From an uncultured Alphaproteobacteria bacterium (GTDB lineage Bacteria > Pseudomonadota > Alphaproteobacteria > Rickettsiales > UBA1997), in assembly GCA_903927415.1 (NCBI GenBank), contig CAIYMZ010000119.1, positions 1 through 40,688 on the forward strand: a stretch of DNA of 40,688 nt, given 5' to 3'. This document shows positions 1-9,577 of the stretch, piece after piece. Position numbers and translations under genes: made by a program. Below the pieces are notes generated by a model. It saw nothing but the letters and a program-made list of their open reading frames with translations. It had not been told where the DNA came from and searched no databases. How positions within the stretch are numbered: position 1 is the first letter of the stretch; each line of letters begins with the position of its first letter.

Positions 1-131
1 CCGCCGACTCTTCTTCTGTCATGACATTCCTCAGTGTCATTGGTGCCATATACGTTATGAAATTCGTAGCTGGGGTAAGTCATTGTTTATTACTTGTTCT
101 TCGTTTCGTCGTTCATCGTTCGTTGGTGTGA
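1..131 (+). CDS. 3' end of an unidentified ORF entering from the left edge (hydrophobic C-terminal helix)
   Basis: Frame 3 is open from the edge to TGA at 129-131 and reads ...SVMTFLSVIGAIYVMKFVAGV..., which looks like a TM helix. A second frame is also open, so support is weak. Confidence 0.2.
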   Translation, partial: ADSSSVMTFLSVIGAIYVMKFVAGVSHCLLLVLRFVVHRSLV

Positions 132-137
132 TTTGAT

Positions 138-1505
138 TCAGTGAAAATATAATTGAGCTAACACACCTGTGCGATTTATTAATCCCAACCTTTCTTCTTT
201 CCGCTCTTCAACTTCCTGATACATCGAAACCAACGGCTCATCAGAAACTTCGATTTGTAGATTTTGATTGAAGCCATTGAAGTTGGTTCTGATGCTGCGG
301 GAGTAAGCACCGAGCTGACCAATTTCGATATAATCTCCCTCGGAAATATTTTCTGGCAAATAAAACGGGCCCTTCATGGAATCAAGGGAATCGCAGGTTG
401 GACCATAAAATCCAAATGGCATTGGGATCAGAGAAAGAGGATCTTTATTTTTAATTCTGATCGCTTTGCTTGGATAAATAAATCCGGGAAAGCCGGCGTC
501 GAATAAGCCGCCGTAAGTTCCATCATTCAAGTAAAGCATATTTTTTTTGCGTGCTTCGATGCGAACTAAAAGTGAGCCGGACTCCGCAACTAAAGCACGA
601 CCAGGCTCGCACCAAATGCGACAATTTTTGTCGAGATTGAGGTGGTTGATGGCATCAAAAATTTCGTCAAAATAACTACGTAAATTTGGTGGCGTCATTC
701 CGGGATAAGATGATGGAAATCCTCCGCCAACATCAAGTACATCGAGTTTTACTTTTGACTGCTCAAGAATTTCTTTGGTGATGTTTAAAGCGTTACGATA
801 TTCTGTTGGTTCCATACATTGAGAACCAACGTGAAAGCAGATTCCAAGCCGTTTTGCAGCGTTTCTTGTTTTGCGTAAAAGCGAAATTGATTCAGATGGA
901 AGGATGCCAAATTTTCCAGATAAGTCGATGGCAGCATGAGAATTTGGGATCGATAAACGAACATGCAAACCAAGATCTTTTGCGCCATTTGTGACTTCCA
1001 AAATTTTCTTTAATTCCTCAAGTGAATCTAGTGAAAAATCACGAATTCCATGATTGAAATAAGCATCAAAAATTGCTTCTCGTGATTTAATTGGATGCAT
1101 GAAATACATCTTTACCTCATCACCGAAAAGTTCATTGATGAGCTTTATTTCTGACATTGAAGCAACGTCAAAATTCTTGATACCAGACTTGAATAAATGC
1201 TGTAGCACAGAGGTGTCAGGGTTGCTTTTCACCGAGTAAAGAATATCGCTAGCATGTTTGTTGGTGCAAAAATTCTCGAGGAAAAACTTAGCAGCGCGCT
1301 TGATGGAATTTGGGCGAATAAAATAAACAGGGAGAGAAGGCTTTAATTCAAAAACCTGATTTTCAACTGTGCTGAGATTTTTTTGTGGAGCTAGCGCTTG
1401 GAAATATTTGGGAGATTGTTTCGATCCCTTGGTACTTTTTTTGCTAAAATTTAAATAGTGAATTTTCGAGTTCACTTCTCGGTCATATTCTTGCGCTAGT
1501 TCCAT
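138..1505 (-). CDS. Group IV (alanine-racemase fold) PLP-dependent decarboxylase, ornithine-decarboxylase-like
   Basis: 455-aa ORF. It has YSVKSN (PLP lysine region), HVGSQ and DVGGGFP glycine-rich loop motifs and a CEPGR-type segment typical of eukaryote-type ODC/DapDC family enzymes. Confidence 0.8.
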   Translation of the reverse strand: MELAQEYDREVNSKIHYLNFSKKSTKGSKQSPKYFQALAPQKNLSTVENQVFELKPSLPVYFIRPNSIKRAAKFFLENFCTNKHASDILYSVKSNPDTSVLQHLFKSGIKNFDVASMSEIKLINELFGDEVKMYFMHPIKSREAIFDAYFNHGIRDFSLDSLEELKKILEVTNGAKDLGLHVRLSIPNSHAAIDLSGKFGILPSESISLLRKTRNAAKRLGICFHVGSQCMEPTEYRNALNITKEILEQSKVKLDVLDVGGGFPSSYPGMTPPNLRSYFDEIFDAINHLNLDKNCRIWCEPGRALVAESGSLLVRIEARKKNMLYLNDGTYGGLFDAGFPGFIYPSKAIRIKNKDPLSLIPMPFGFYGPTCDSLDSMKGPFYLPENISEGDYIEIGQLGAYSRSIRTNFNGFNQNLQIEVSDEPLVSMYQEVEERKEERLGLINRTGVLAQLYFH

Positions 1506-1703
1506 TTCTTTGCTGTTTATTCAAATTAAGTAAAAGAGAAAAAGACTTAATTTTTGTTTAAAAATAAAACTGTTGAGAAGCCTTGATTTTGTTGGCTTCG
1601 CGCAAGAATTTTTAAACGCAATTTCTTGAAGAGCGCGCAACGTAAAAACAAATTTTTATTTGTAAATAAAAAATCAAAAACTTTTTTAACGATTGGAAAG
1701 AGC

Positions 1704-2675
1704 TTACACAAAGCTAGAATTTTTTGAGGAATTTTTAGGCAACAAATGAGACTTGATGAGATGCTTAAAAATTTCTTCGAGATCTGGCTGCTGCGACATG
1801 ATGTCTCTGATCTGCATTTTGCTGTCTGAGATGATGCGCAAAATTTTTTCCACCTGAATTTTTTCTGGATCGTAAGTGATGGAAATTTTGTCAACAGCAA
1901 GAAGTTTGGTTTCCAGTTGCGGCAAAGCAGTAATGAAGTCAGGCCTTACCTCGCCAACAAAAGAAATGATCAACTCTTTGCTTGAAAGAAGTTTCATTAA
2001 ATTTTCTTTACGATCATGCGCGATTACTTGTCCATGATTGATGACGGCGATTTCATCGCATAATTCTTCCGCTTCTTCGAGATAGTGCGTGGTCAATAAA
2101 ATCGTGGTTCCGTCAGCATTTAATTTTTTTACGTAAGTCCAAAGTTGATTGCGCAATTCCACATCAACGCCTGCAGTAGGCTCGTCTAAAACTAAAATTT
2201 CTGGATTGTGAACGAGAGCTTTTGCGACGAGAAGGCGTCGACGCATTCCGCCCGACAAACTGCGCGGCGCGGCCTTGGCCTTATCTTGCAGGCCTAGAGC
2301 TTCGATAATTTCATCCGTTCTGCGCTGAGATTTTTTGATGCCGTAATAGCCGGCGTAAATTTCCAAAGTTTCCCTCACGTTAAAAAACGGATCGAGAATT
2401 AATTCTTGCGGCACGATGCCGATTTTAAATTTTGCTGCTTGCGGATTTTTTTCGATGTCGATGCCGGCAATTTTTACTTCACCGGAAGTTTTATTTACGA
2501 GGCCAGCAAGAATATTGATGATGGTTGATTTGCCAGCGCCGTTGGGGCCGAGGAGGCCGAAGAATGATCCTTTTTTAATTTCGAGATTGATCGATTTGAG
2601 CGCTTCTTTGCTGCTGGATTTTTTGCGATAAGTTTTGGAGAGGTTTTTTATTTCAATCGCAACGGATGACATCAA
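1704..2675 (-). CDS. ABC transporter ATP-binding protein (ABC-2/DrrA-like with C-terminal extension); no permease adjacent
   Basis: Walker A GPNGAGKST, signature LSGGMRRR, Walker B ILVLDEPT, H-loop TTHY. Confidence 0.9.
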   Translation of the reverse strand: MMSSVAIEIKNLSKTYRKKSSSKEALKSINLEIKKGSFFGLLGPNGAGKSTIINILAGLVNKTSGEVKIAGIDIEKNPQAAKFKIGIVPQELILDPFFNVRETLEIYAGYYGIKKSQRRTDEIIEALGLQDKAKAAPRSLSGGMRRRLLVAKALVHNPEILVLDEPTAGVDVELRNQLWTYVKKLNADGTTILLTTHYLEEAEELCDEIAVINHGQVIAHDRKENLMKLLSSKELIISFVGEVRPDFITALPQLETKLLAVDKISITYDPEKIQVEKILRIISDSKMQIRDIMSQQPDLEEIFKHLIKSHLLPKNSSKNSSFV

Positions 2676-2684
2676 GCTTCAAAT

Positions 2685-3005
2685 TTAGATTATCTTTTTT
2701 TCTTTCAATAATTCTGCCAATTCTCCCGACTGGAACATTTCTTTCACGATGTCGCAACCACCGATGAACTCGCCTTTGACGTAGAGTTGCGGGATTGTCG
2801 GCCAATCAGAAAAATCTTTGATGCCTTGGCGAATTTCTGCATCGCTCAAAACATCGACGTCCAAAAAATCAACTCCGAGAGTTTTTAACGCATGCGAAAC
2901 AGCGGCGGAAAATCCACATTGTGGAAAATCTTTGCTGCCCTTCATGTAGAGCACGATGTTGTTTGATGAGATGGTTTGTTGAATTTTTTCAAGAATGTTG
3001 GTCAT
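2685..3005 (-). CDS. grxD: Monothiol glutaredoxin, Grx4 family
   Basis: 106 aa with the CGFS active site and WPTIPQLYV/GGCDI motifs. Confidence 0.92.
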   Translation of the reverse strand: MTNILEKIQQTISSNNIVLYMKGSKDFPQCGFSAAVSHALKTLGVDFLDVDVLSDAEIRQGIKDFSDWPTIPQLYVKGEFIGGCDIVKEMFQSGELAELLKEKKII

Positions 3006-3016
3006 GTTTAAAATTT

Positions 3017-3247
3017 TTATTGATCTGAGGTCTTGAGTTGCATGGCATGAAGCACATCTCCAAGAATTTCTTTTAGCGCATTATTCACAAGCTTATGTTG
3101 CTCAACGCGAGTTTTTCCAGCAAAAATTTTGTCAATAATTTTCACACTGTAATGGTTGTCATCGTCGACCAAAGCAATCACTTCAATTTGCGCTTGCGGA
3201 AAATTTTCTACGAGAATTTCTTCTAATTTTTTTTTGGCAATTGGCAT
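3017..3247 (-). CDS. BolA/IbaG family protein
   Basis: 76 aa with a BolA-like ...HKLVNNALKE...LHAMQLKT C-terminal signature. It lies immediately upstream of grxD, the classic BolA-Grx pairing. Confidence 0.8.
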   Translation of the reverse strand: MPIAKKKLEEILVENFPQAQIEVIALVDDDNHYSVKIIDKIFAGKTRVEQHKLVNNALKEILGDVLHAMQLKTSDQ

Positions 3248-3258
3248 ATTTTGGACAT

Positions 3259-3292
3259 AAAAAAAGCGGACTTTTTTGGAGTCCGCTTTTTT
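3259..3292 (-). terminator. Rho-independent (bidirectional) terminator after pnp
   Basis: The stem gcggac (3266-3271) pairs with gtccgc (3281-3286) around a 9-nt loop. A-run and T-run flanks put a U-tract after the hairpin on both strands. It lies 18 nt downstream of the pnp stop. Confidence 0.7.
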
Positions 3293-3309
3293 AAATTTTA
3301 AATTAAATA

Positions 3310-5667
3310 CTAACCAAAAAATCCGCGGCGTTTTTTTGGAGCGCCGTCACGATCATCACGATCACGATTTTCACGTCTATCGCCACCGCGGTCATCACGA
3401 TCACGGCCTCCTCTTCTGTCTCCACCGCGGTCATCACGATCACGACCGCCGCCTCTTCTGTCTCCACCACGATCATCACGATCACGTCCGCCAGAACGAC
3501 GATCATCACGACCACCAGATTCTCTTTCGTCAACTATTTGAGGCTTGTTTGGCAAACGATCTGAAATGTCTTCTCCGGTAATTTGATCTACGCAACGGTA
3601 ACTCAATTTCGGACGACCTTTTTTGTCGAAGCCGATGACTTTAACTTTGACGATGTCGCCTTCATTGATGACATCTTCAACGAAATCAACGCGATATTCA
3701 GCAAGTTCAGAAATGTGAATGAATCCATCGCGATTATTTGAAACGCTAACAAAAGCCCCGGCATCGATCACTTTCACAACTGGACCTTCATAGATGTCAC
3801 CAATTTCTGGTTCAAAAGTAATTTCACGAATCATGGCGATAGCCTTCTTAACTGAGTCAGCATTGTTCGAAGAAATTTTGATGAGACCAGTGTCGTCAAT
3901 GTCGACAACTGCACCAGAAACTGAGCAGATTTCTTTGATCACCGCGCCACGTGAGCCAATAACTTCGCGAATTTTCTTTTGCGGGATAGTCATGGTTTCA
4001 ACTTTTGGAACGTTGGCATTGAGCTCTGCTCTAGGCGCGGTCATAACTTCGTCCATTTTGTCCAAGATGTGCAATCTGCCGACATTAGCTTGCTCAAGAG
4101 CGCGCTGCATGATGTCAGAAGTGATGCCGTTAATCTTGATGTCCATTTGCAAAGAAGTGATGCCTGTTCTGGTTCCAGCAACTTTGAAATCCATGTCACC
4201 GAGATGATCTTCGTCACCCATGATGTCAGACAAAATTACGTAATTGTTGCCTTCTTTGATGAGTCCCATCGCGATTCCAGAAACTGGCGCTTTGATTGGC
4301 ACGCCTGCATCCATCAATGCAAGTGAAGCGCCGCAAACTGTGGCCATTGAAGATGAACCGTTTGATTCAGTGATTTCAGAAACGATACGAGTTGAGTAAG
4401 AAAAATTTTCGGCAATTCCGGGGAATACTGGATTTAAAGCTCTCCAAGCCAATTTTCCGTGACCAATTTCACGACGTCCCGGGGCGCCCATGCGACCAGT
4501 TTCACCAACTGAGTAAGGAGGAAAATTGTAATGCAGCATGAAACTTTCTTCATGCATGCCTGGATCCAAGTTTTCGATTAATTGCTTGTCTTTGCCAGAG
4601 CCGAGAGTTGCAACAACAATGGCTTGGGTTTCGCCGCGAGTGAACAAGGCCGAACCGTGAACTTGTGGCAGAAATCCGGTTTCGATGGCGATTTGACGAA
4701 CTTGATCAGTCTTACGACCGTCGATTCTGATGCTGTTTTTCAAAACATCGTTGCGAACGATTTCTTGCGAAAGTGTTTTGAAGATTGATTTGAGTTTATT
4801 GGCGTCAACACCCGCTTCTTCATTGATGAATTTAGCTTTGATGTCGGCAGAAATTTGGTCGAGCTCACCAGAGCGAACTTGTTTAGCTTGCTTTTTGTAA
4901 GCACTGATTAAGCGGTCGCCGATGAAAGAAGTGATTTCGTTTTTGAGCGTAGAATTGTCGATTTTTACAACTTCAATTTTTTGTTTTCCTGCTGCAGATT
5001 TCAATTCATTGATCAAGTCAATTACGGGCTGGAATGCGGCGTGGCCGAAATTTACAGCTTCTAACATTTCAGCTTCAGACAATTCTTTTGCTTCAGATTC
5101 AATCATCAAAACTGATGATTGCGTTCCTGCAACAACTAGGTCTAAGCGACTGTTTTTAAGTTCTTCGGCGCTTGGATTTAAAACAAATTGGCCGTCGATG
5201 TGGCCAACTCTTGCGCCAGCAACAGCTTCCGAGAATGGAGCTTCAGAAATTGCTAGAGCTGCAGAAGCGGCAATGAGAGCAACAACGTCAGGAGTAGAGC
5301 TCGCATCGTAAGAAAGTACGGTGCAAACGACGTTAACTTCATTGTAAAAATTTGATGGGAAAAGCGGACGGATCGGACGATCGATCAAACGAGAGGTGAG
5401 CGTTGCAGCGTCAGATGGCTTAGTTTCGCGCTTAAAAAATCCACCAGGAATTTTTCCAGCAGCGTAAGATTTTTCGAGATAGTTAACGGTGAGTGGGAAA
5501 AAATCCGCACCTTCAGCAGCTTTATTTGCGACAGTTACGGCACAAAGAATTGTGGTATTGCCATATTTTGCGACCACTGATCCGCTTGCTTGGCGCGCGA
5601 TCTTGCCAGTTTCCAGAGATAGAATTTTTCCATTCCAGTTAATTTCTTTTTTTACAACATTGAACAT
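3310..5667 (-). CDS. pnp: Polyribonucleotide nucleotidyltransferase (PNPase) with an unusual ~75-aa Arg/Gly/Asp repeat tail
   Basis: 785 aa. It has two RNase PH domains, then KH (IGSRGAVIKEI-type) and S1 (GDIYEGPVVKVIDAGAFV) domains, and follows rpsO in the canonical order. Confidence 0.97.
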   Translation of the reverse strand: MFNVVKKEINWNGKILSLETGKIARQASGSVVAKYGNTTILCAVTVANKAAEGADFFPLTVNYLEKSYAAGKIPGGFFKRETKPSDAATLTSRLIDRPIRPLFPSNFYNEVNVVCTVLSYDASSTPDVVALIAASAALAISEAPFSEAVAGARVGHIDGQFVLNPSAEELKNSRLDLVVAGTQSSVLMIESEAKELSEAEMLEAVNFGHAAFQPVIDLINELKSAAGKQKIEVVKIDNSTLKNEITSFIGDRLISAYKKQAKQVRSGELDQISADIKAKFINEEAGVDANKLKSIFKTLSQEIVRNDVLKNSIRIDGRKTDQVRQIAIETGFLPQVHGSALFTRGETQAIVVATLGSGKDKQLIENLDPGMHEESFMLHYNFPPYSVGETGRMGAPGRREIGHGKLAWRALNPVFPGIAENFSYSTRIVSEITESNGSSSMATVCGASLALMDAGVPIKAPVSGIAMGLIKEGNNYVILSDIMGDEDHLGDMDFKVAGTRTGITSLQMDIKINGITSDIMQRALEQANVGRLHILDKMDEVMTAPRAELNANVPKVETMTIPQKKIREVIGSRGAVIKEICSVSGAVVDIDDTGLIKISSNNADSVKKAIAMIREITFEPEIGDIYEGPVVKVIDAGAFVSVSNNRDGFIHISELAEYRVDFVEDVINEGDIVKVKVIGFDKKGRPKLSYRCVDQITGEDISDRLPNKPQIVDERESGGRDDRRSGGRDRDDRGGDRRGGGRDRDDRGGDRRGGRDRDDRGGDRRENRDRDDRDGAPKKRRGFFG

Positions 5668-5717
5668 AGTTTCAGCTTTTGATTAGTAGGGTTGGGTTAG
5701 TGAAAGAACCGGTGATT

Positions 5718-5987
5718 TTATTTTCTGATATCGAGTTTTTTGATGAGATTTTCGTAACGCTCGGTGGATTGAGCTTTCAAGTAGTCAAGCAAACTTCTTC
5801 TTTTGCTGACCAAGATCAACAATCCTCTTCTCGAAGAAAAATCGCTTTTATGAATTTTTAAATGCTCGGTTAAATTGTTAATTTGCTTAGTGATGACTGC
5901 ACATTGAACCTCAACTGAACCAGTATCTTTTTTGTCTTGAGCAAATTCTTGAATGATTTCTTTTTTTGATTTTTGGAAAAATGACAT
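5718..5987 (-). CDS. rpsO: 30S ribosomal protein S15
   Basis: 89 aa with TGSVEVQCA...LTEHLK.HKKD..SRRGLL signature; rpsO-pnp synteny. Confidence 0.95.
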   Translation of the reverse strand: MSFFQKSKKEIIQEFAQDKKDTGSVEVQCAVITKQINNLTEHLKIHKSDFSSRRGLLILVSKRRSLLDYLKAQSTERYENLIKKLDIRK

Positions 5988-6008
5988 TTTTAAAGTTTTT
6001 GAAAAACA

Positions 6009-6034
6009 GTCATCCTGAGCTTGTCGAAGGACGA
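6009..6034. repeat. Half copy of the gtca(c/t)cctgagc(c/t)tgtcgaagg palindromic-element family
   Basis: gtcatcctgagcttgtcgaaggacga matches one arm of the full palindrome at 11236-11307. No matching second arm is nearby. Confidence 0.6.
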
Positions 6035-6082
6035 TAACAATTTGATATTCATGCTTAAAGACAGCTCTGCATGAGTTAAGAC

Positions 6083-6817
6083 TTACAATTTTGAACTGAG
6101 ATTTTTGAGACTATCCGGCAGTGAAAGCAGCGAGCCATCAGAAAAACGGCCGCCATAAGTAGCTACGAGTTTTAAGTCGTCAAGAAAAATTCTTTTTTCG
6201 TAAAAAAAATTCCCGACTTGCAAACGAGTGAGAACAGAAACGAATCCACAAACTCCAGATTTTTTGCAAATGTCACGTGCCAAGGAGCGAATGTAGGTGC
6301 CCTTGCCGCACTCTACTTCAAACTCAGCAAATTCCACAGAATTTGAAATTAATTTTATCGAAAAAATCTCAACTTCGCGTGGCGGCATTTCAAACTGCAC
6401 ATTCTTGCGAGCCAATTCGTAAGCGCGTCGGCCATTAATTTTTATCGCCGAAAATCGCGACGGAGTTTGTTTGATTTTGCCGATAAAAAATGGCAAAGCC
6501 GAAATTATTTCTGCTGTTGATGGCCTCACGAAGCTAGATTCTACAACCTTTCCCTCTGCATCGTCAGTGTCACGAAATTCACCGAAAGCGATGCGGAAAA
6601 AATATTTTTTTCGCGCGCCCATTAGCGCCTCGGAAGTTTTTGTCGCTTTGTTTAACGCAACAGGAAGGATTCCAGAAGCAAGTGGATCAAGCGTTCCACC
6701 ATGTCCAACTTTTTTTGCACCAGTAATTCTTTTTATAATCGCAACAACTTTTGCGGAGGAAAATCCGAGCGGTTTATCGATGTTAAGCCAGATGTTTTGA
6801 TCGGAGAAATTCATCAA
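6083..6817 (-). CDS. truB: tRNA pseudouridine(55) synthase (short form, apparently without PUA domain)
   Basis: 244 aa with the GHGGTLDPLASGILPV catalytic-Asp motif and GTYIRSLARD; lies upstream of rpsO-pnp. Confidence 0.9.
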   Translation of the reverse strand: MMNFSDQNIWLNIDKPLGFSSAKVVAIIKRITGAKKVGHGGTLDPLASGILPVALNKATKTSEALMGARKKYFFRIAFGEFRDTDDAEGKVVESSFVRPSTAEIISALPFFIGKIKQTPSRFSAIKINGRRAYELARKNVQFEMPPREVEIFSIKLISNSVEFAEFEVECGKGTYIRSLARDICKKSGVCGFVSVLTRLQVGNFFYEKRIFLDDLKLVATYGGRFSDGSLLSLPDSLKNLSSKL

Positions 6818-6962
6818 AAATTAAATTGAACTCAGAGTGTTCTAAGGATTTTGAGTGATGGCGGTGATTTCTTTGACGGCTTGAGGAGGGAGTGTATTTT
6901 TAATACGTGACCGACGAAAGGCGGCAAAAAATCGCCGATAGAGCTCAAAAGCCGACGAGCAT

Positions 6963-7850
6963 TTAAGCAGTGTTGGCACCAGAAATAATATCAATCAGCT
7001 CTTTCGTGATGTTTGCTTGGCGCGTGCGATTATAGACCAGTGTTAAATTTTTGATCATTTTGCCGGCATTAGTGCTGGCCGCTTCCATTGCTGCCATTCT
7101 TGCGCCTTGTTCAGACGCACTGTTTTCGAGAAGATTGTTGTAAAGTTGAATGGTTAGATTTTTTGGCAAAAGTTCAGATAAAATTTCTTCTTCACCAGGC
7201 TCGTAACTCATTGGCGATTCAAAATTTGCTGAATTTTTATCAAAAGAAATTTGTGCTGGAATTAGCTGTTTGCAAATTTGCTCCTGCGCGATTGCTGATT
7301 TGAATTTGCTGTAAATCACCTCACAAATATCAAACTGATTTTGGTCGAAAAGTGCGGTGATTTTTCCGGCCAAATCTTGAGCAATTTTGTAATCAACAAC
7401 ACCACGAAAAACTCCAAAAACATGATCAACCACTTGCTTGCCATAAGTTGATCTGAGCTGATCATAAGCCTTACGACCAACGCAAAAAATTTTTACATCA
7501 CGACCCTGAAAAACTAATTCATTGATGCGCTGCTTGGCGAATTTAACAGTGGCACTATTCAAGCCTCCACAGAGACCTCGATCGGAAGAAAAAATTACCA
7601 ACAAATGGGTTTCGGCTTTGCCTTTGCCCGTAAGCAGTGGAAATTTTTCATTAAAGTTTTCGCGCACCGCAATGTTTGAAGCAAGTTCTGCAACCATCTC
7701 ATGAATTTTGTCAGCATATGGACGCGAAGATTCAACCGCATGCTTGGCTTTTTTCAAACGTGAAGCTGCCACCATCTTCATGGCCTTGGTCATCTTCTGA
7801 GTTGATTTGACCGATTTAATTCTGGTTTTGAGAGTTTTGAGATTCGCCAT
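6963..7850 (-). CDS. atpG: F0F1 ATP synthase subunit gamma
   Basis: 295 aa with N-terminal LK.RI.SVKST.KMTKAMKMVAA and C-terminal ITKEL.DIISGA signatures. Confidence 0.95.
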   Translation of the reverse strand: MANLKTLKTRIKSVKSTQKMTKAMKMVAASRLKKAKHAVESSRPYADKIHEMVAELASNIAVRENFNEKFPLLTGKGKAETHLLVIFSSDRGLCGGLNSATVKFAKQRINELVFQGRDVKIFCVGRKAYDQLRSTYGKQVVDHVFGVFRGVVDYKIAQDLAGKITALFDQNQFDICEVIYSKFKSAIAQEQICKQLIPAQISFDKNSANFESPMSYEPGEEEILSELLPKNLTIQLYNNLLENSASEQGARMAAMEAASTNAGKMIKNLTLVYNRTRQANITKELIDIISGANTA

Positions 7851-7937
7851 AATTAAAAATGCTTACGCATTTTTAGAAAAAGTTGAATTGCTACGGAATT
7901 GCTACGCGCGAAGTAAATTCGCGCATCCGCAATGAAA

Positions 7938-9548
7938 TTATTTATTTTTGTTATGAGGTATGCTGTCAGTCAATCCGGCATGCTCAAAATGAGCAGATGG
8001 GGCGTGATTTAGAAAGATCGCCAAAAATTCTTCGATGAGTTTTTTGAGCTTAGTTTCAGTCTCGTCAGTAATTTTTTGCTCCTTCTTGATTGAAGCTAAA
8101 ATTTCTGGATGAGAGGCGTGAAGTTTGCGTAAAAATTCTTTTTCAAATTTAACAACTTCCTTTGCTGGAACCTTGTCTAAGTAGCCTTTAACGCCAACAT
8201 AAATCGAGGCAACTTGCTCCTCAAAGCCCATCGGCGAATATTGATTTTGCTTCAAAAGTTCAGTTAGTTTGCGACCCTTATCGAGCAATTTTTGCGTTGC
8301 GGCATCAAGATCAGAACCAAATTGGGCAAAGGCTTCAAGTTCACGAAACTGCGCCAAATCAAGCTTGATCGTGCCCGCAACTTGTTTCATCGCTTTTGTT
8401 TGGGCAGCAGAACCAACGCGCGACACAGATAGACCAACATTCACCGCTGGTTTGATGCCTTTGTAGAAAAGTTCAGTTTCCAAGAAAATTTGTCCGTCAG
8501 TGATTGAAATCACATTGGTTGGAATGTAGGCCGAAACGTCACCCGCTTGAGTTTCAATAATTGGCAATGCAGTCAGAGAGCCGCCGCCCATTGCATCCGA
8601 CATTTTCGCAGCCCGTTCGAGCAAGCGTGAGTGAACGTAAAAAACGTCTCCGGGGTAGGCTTCACGTCCTGGTGGACGACGAAGAAGGAGTGACATTTCG
8701 CGATAAGCTACAGCGTGCTTACTCAAATCGTCGTAAGCAATCACGGCATGCATGCCGTTGTCACGGAAAAATTCTCCGATGGTACAGCCAGTGTAAGGCG
8801 CAAAAAATTGTAACGCAGCTGCCTCGGACGCAGTTGCAGAAACTATGGTGGTATATTTCATCGCGCCGGCGTCTTCCAAAGTTTTAACGATTTGTGCTAC
8901 AGTCGAGCGCTTTTGACCAATTGCAACATAGATACAGTAAAGTTTTTTCTTCTCGTCACTTTCTTCGTGAGCCTTGGCCTGATTGATAAAAGCATCGAGA
9001 ACAATTGCGGTTTTTCCGGTTTGACGATCGCCAATAATCAATTCACGTTGACCACGTCCGATTGGAATCAAGCTATCGATCGCTTTAATTCCGGTTTGCA
9101 TCGGCTCACTAACTGATTGACGAGCAACGATTCCGGGAGCTTTGATTTCTACGCGACGATATTCGACATTTTGCAAAGCGCCTTTTCCATCGATTGGATT
9201 TCCAAGCGCATCAACCACACGTCCGAGCAATCCTTTGCCAACTGGAACTTCAACAATTTTTCCAGTTCTTTTGACGTTGGAGCCTTCTTTAATTTTTTGC
9301 GAATCACCGAAAATTACGATACCGACATTATCCGTTTCGAGGTTCAGCGCCATGCCTTTAACGCCGCCATGGGATCCAGTTTCAAACTCAACAAGCTCTC
9401 CGACCTGCACATTATCCAAGCCATAAACTTTGGCGATACCGTCACCAACTTTTACAACTTCACCGACCTCTTTGAGCTCGGCAGAACTATGAAAATTTTC
9501 GACTGTTTTTTGGAGAATAGTGGAAAATTCTTCGACTCTAAATTCCAT
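7938..9548 (-). CDS. atpA: F0F1 ATP synthase subunit alpha (about 25-aa C-terminal extension)
   Basis: 536 aa with Walker A GDRQTGKT and alpha-subunit signature [21 protein letters not shown]. Confidence 0.97.
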   Translation of the reverse strand: MEFRVEEFSTILQKTVENFHSSAELKEVGEVVKVGDGIAKVYGLDNVQVGELVEFETGSHGGVKGMALNLETDNVGIVIFGDSQKIKEGSNVKRTGKIVEVPVGKGLLGRVVDALGNPIDGKGALQNVEYRRVEIKAPGIVARQSVSEPMQTGIKAIDSLIPIGRGQRELIIGDRQTGKTAIVLDAFINQAKAHEESDEKKKLYCIYVAIGQKRSTVAQIVKTLEDAGAMKYTTIVSATASEAAALQFFAPYTGCTIGEFFRDNGMHAVIAYDDLSKHAVAYREMSLLLRRPPGREAYPGDVFYVHSRLLERAAKMSDAMGGGSLTALPIIETQAGDVSAYIPTNVISITDGQIFLETELFYKGIKPAVNVGLSVSRVGSAAQTKAMKQVAGTIKLDLAQFRELEAFAQFGSDLDAATQKLLDKGRKLTELLKQNQYSPMGFEEQVASIYVGVKGYLDKVPAKEVVKFEKEFLRKLHASHPEILASIKKEQKITDETETKLKKLIEEFLAIFLNHAPSAHFEHAGLTDSIPHNKNK

Positions 9549-9577
9549 GGCTGATTGATTTTTGATTAATTAAAAAA

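Noticed and set aside
1547-1900. A 117-aa minus-strand ORF overlapping the 3' end of the ABC ATPase gene and the downstream spacer.
   Set aside because: It is out of frame with the ABC gene it overlaps, Lys/Phe/Leu-rich as expected from AT-rich non-coding sequence, and has no motif.
3276-3581. A 101-aa plus-strand ORF with striking His/Asp repeats (HDHHDHD...), which looks like a metal-binding protein.
   Set aside because: It is the antisense reading of the pnp Arg/Gly/Asp repeat tail. It has no SD and overlaps a well-supported gene and its terminator, so it is a mirror-frame artefact of the tandem repeat.
8561-9554. Several 74-145-aa plus-strand ORFs inside atpA.
   Set aside because: They are antisense to a highly conserved gene and have no motifs. 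These are typical shadow ORFs.
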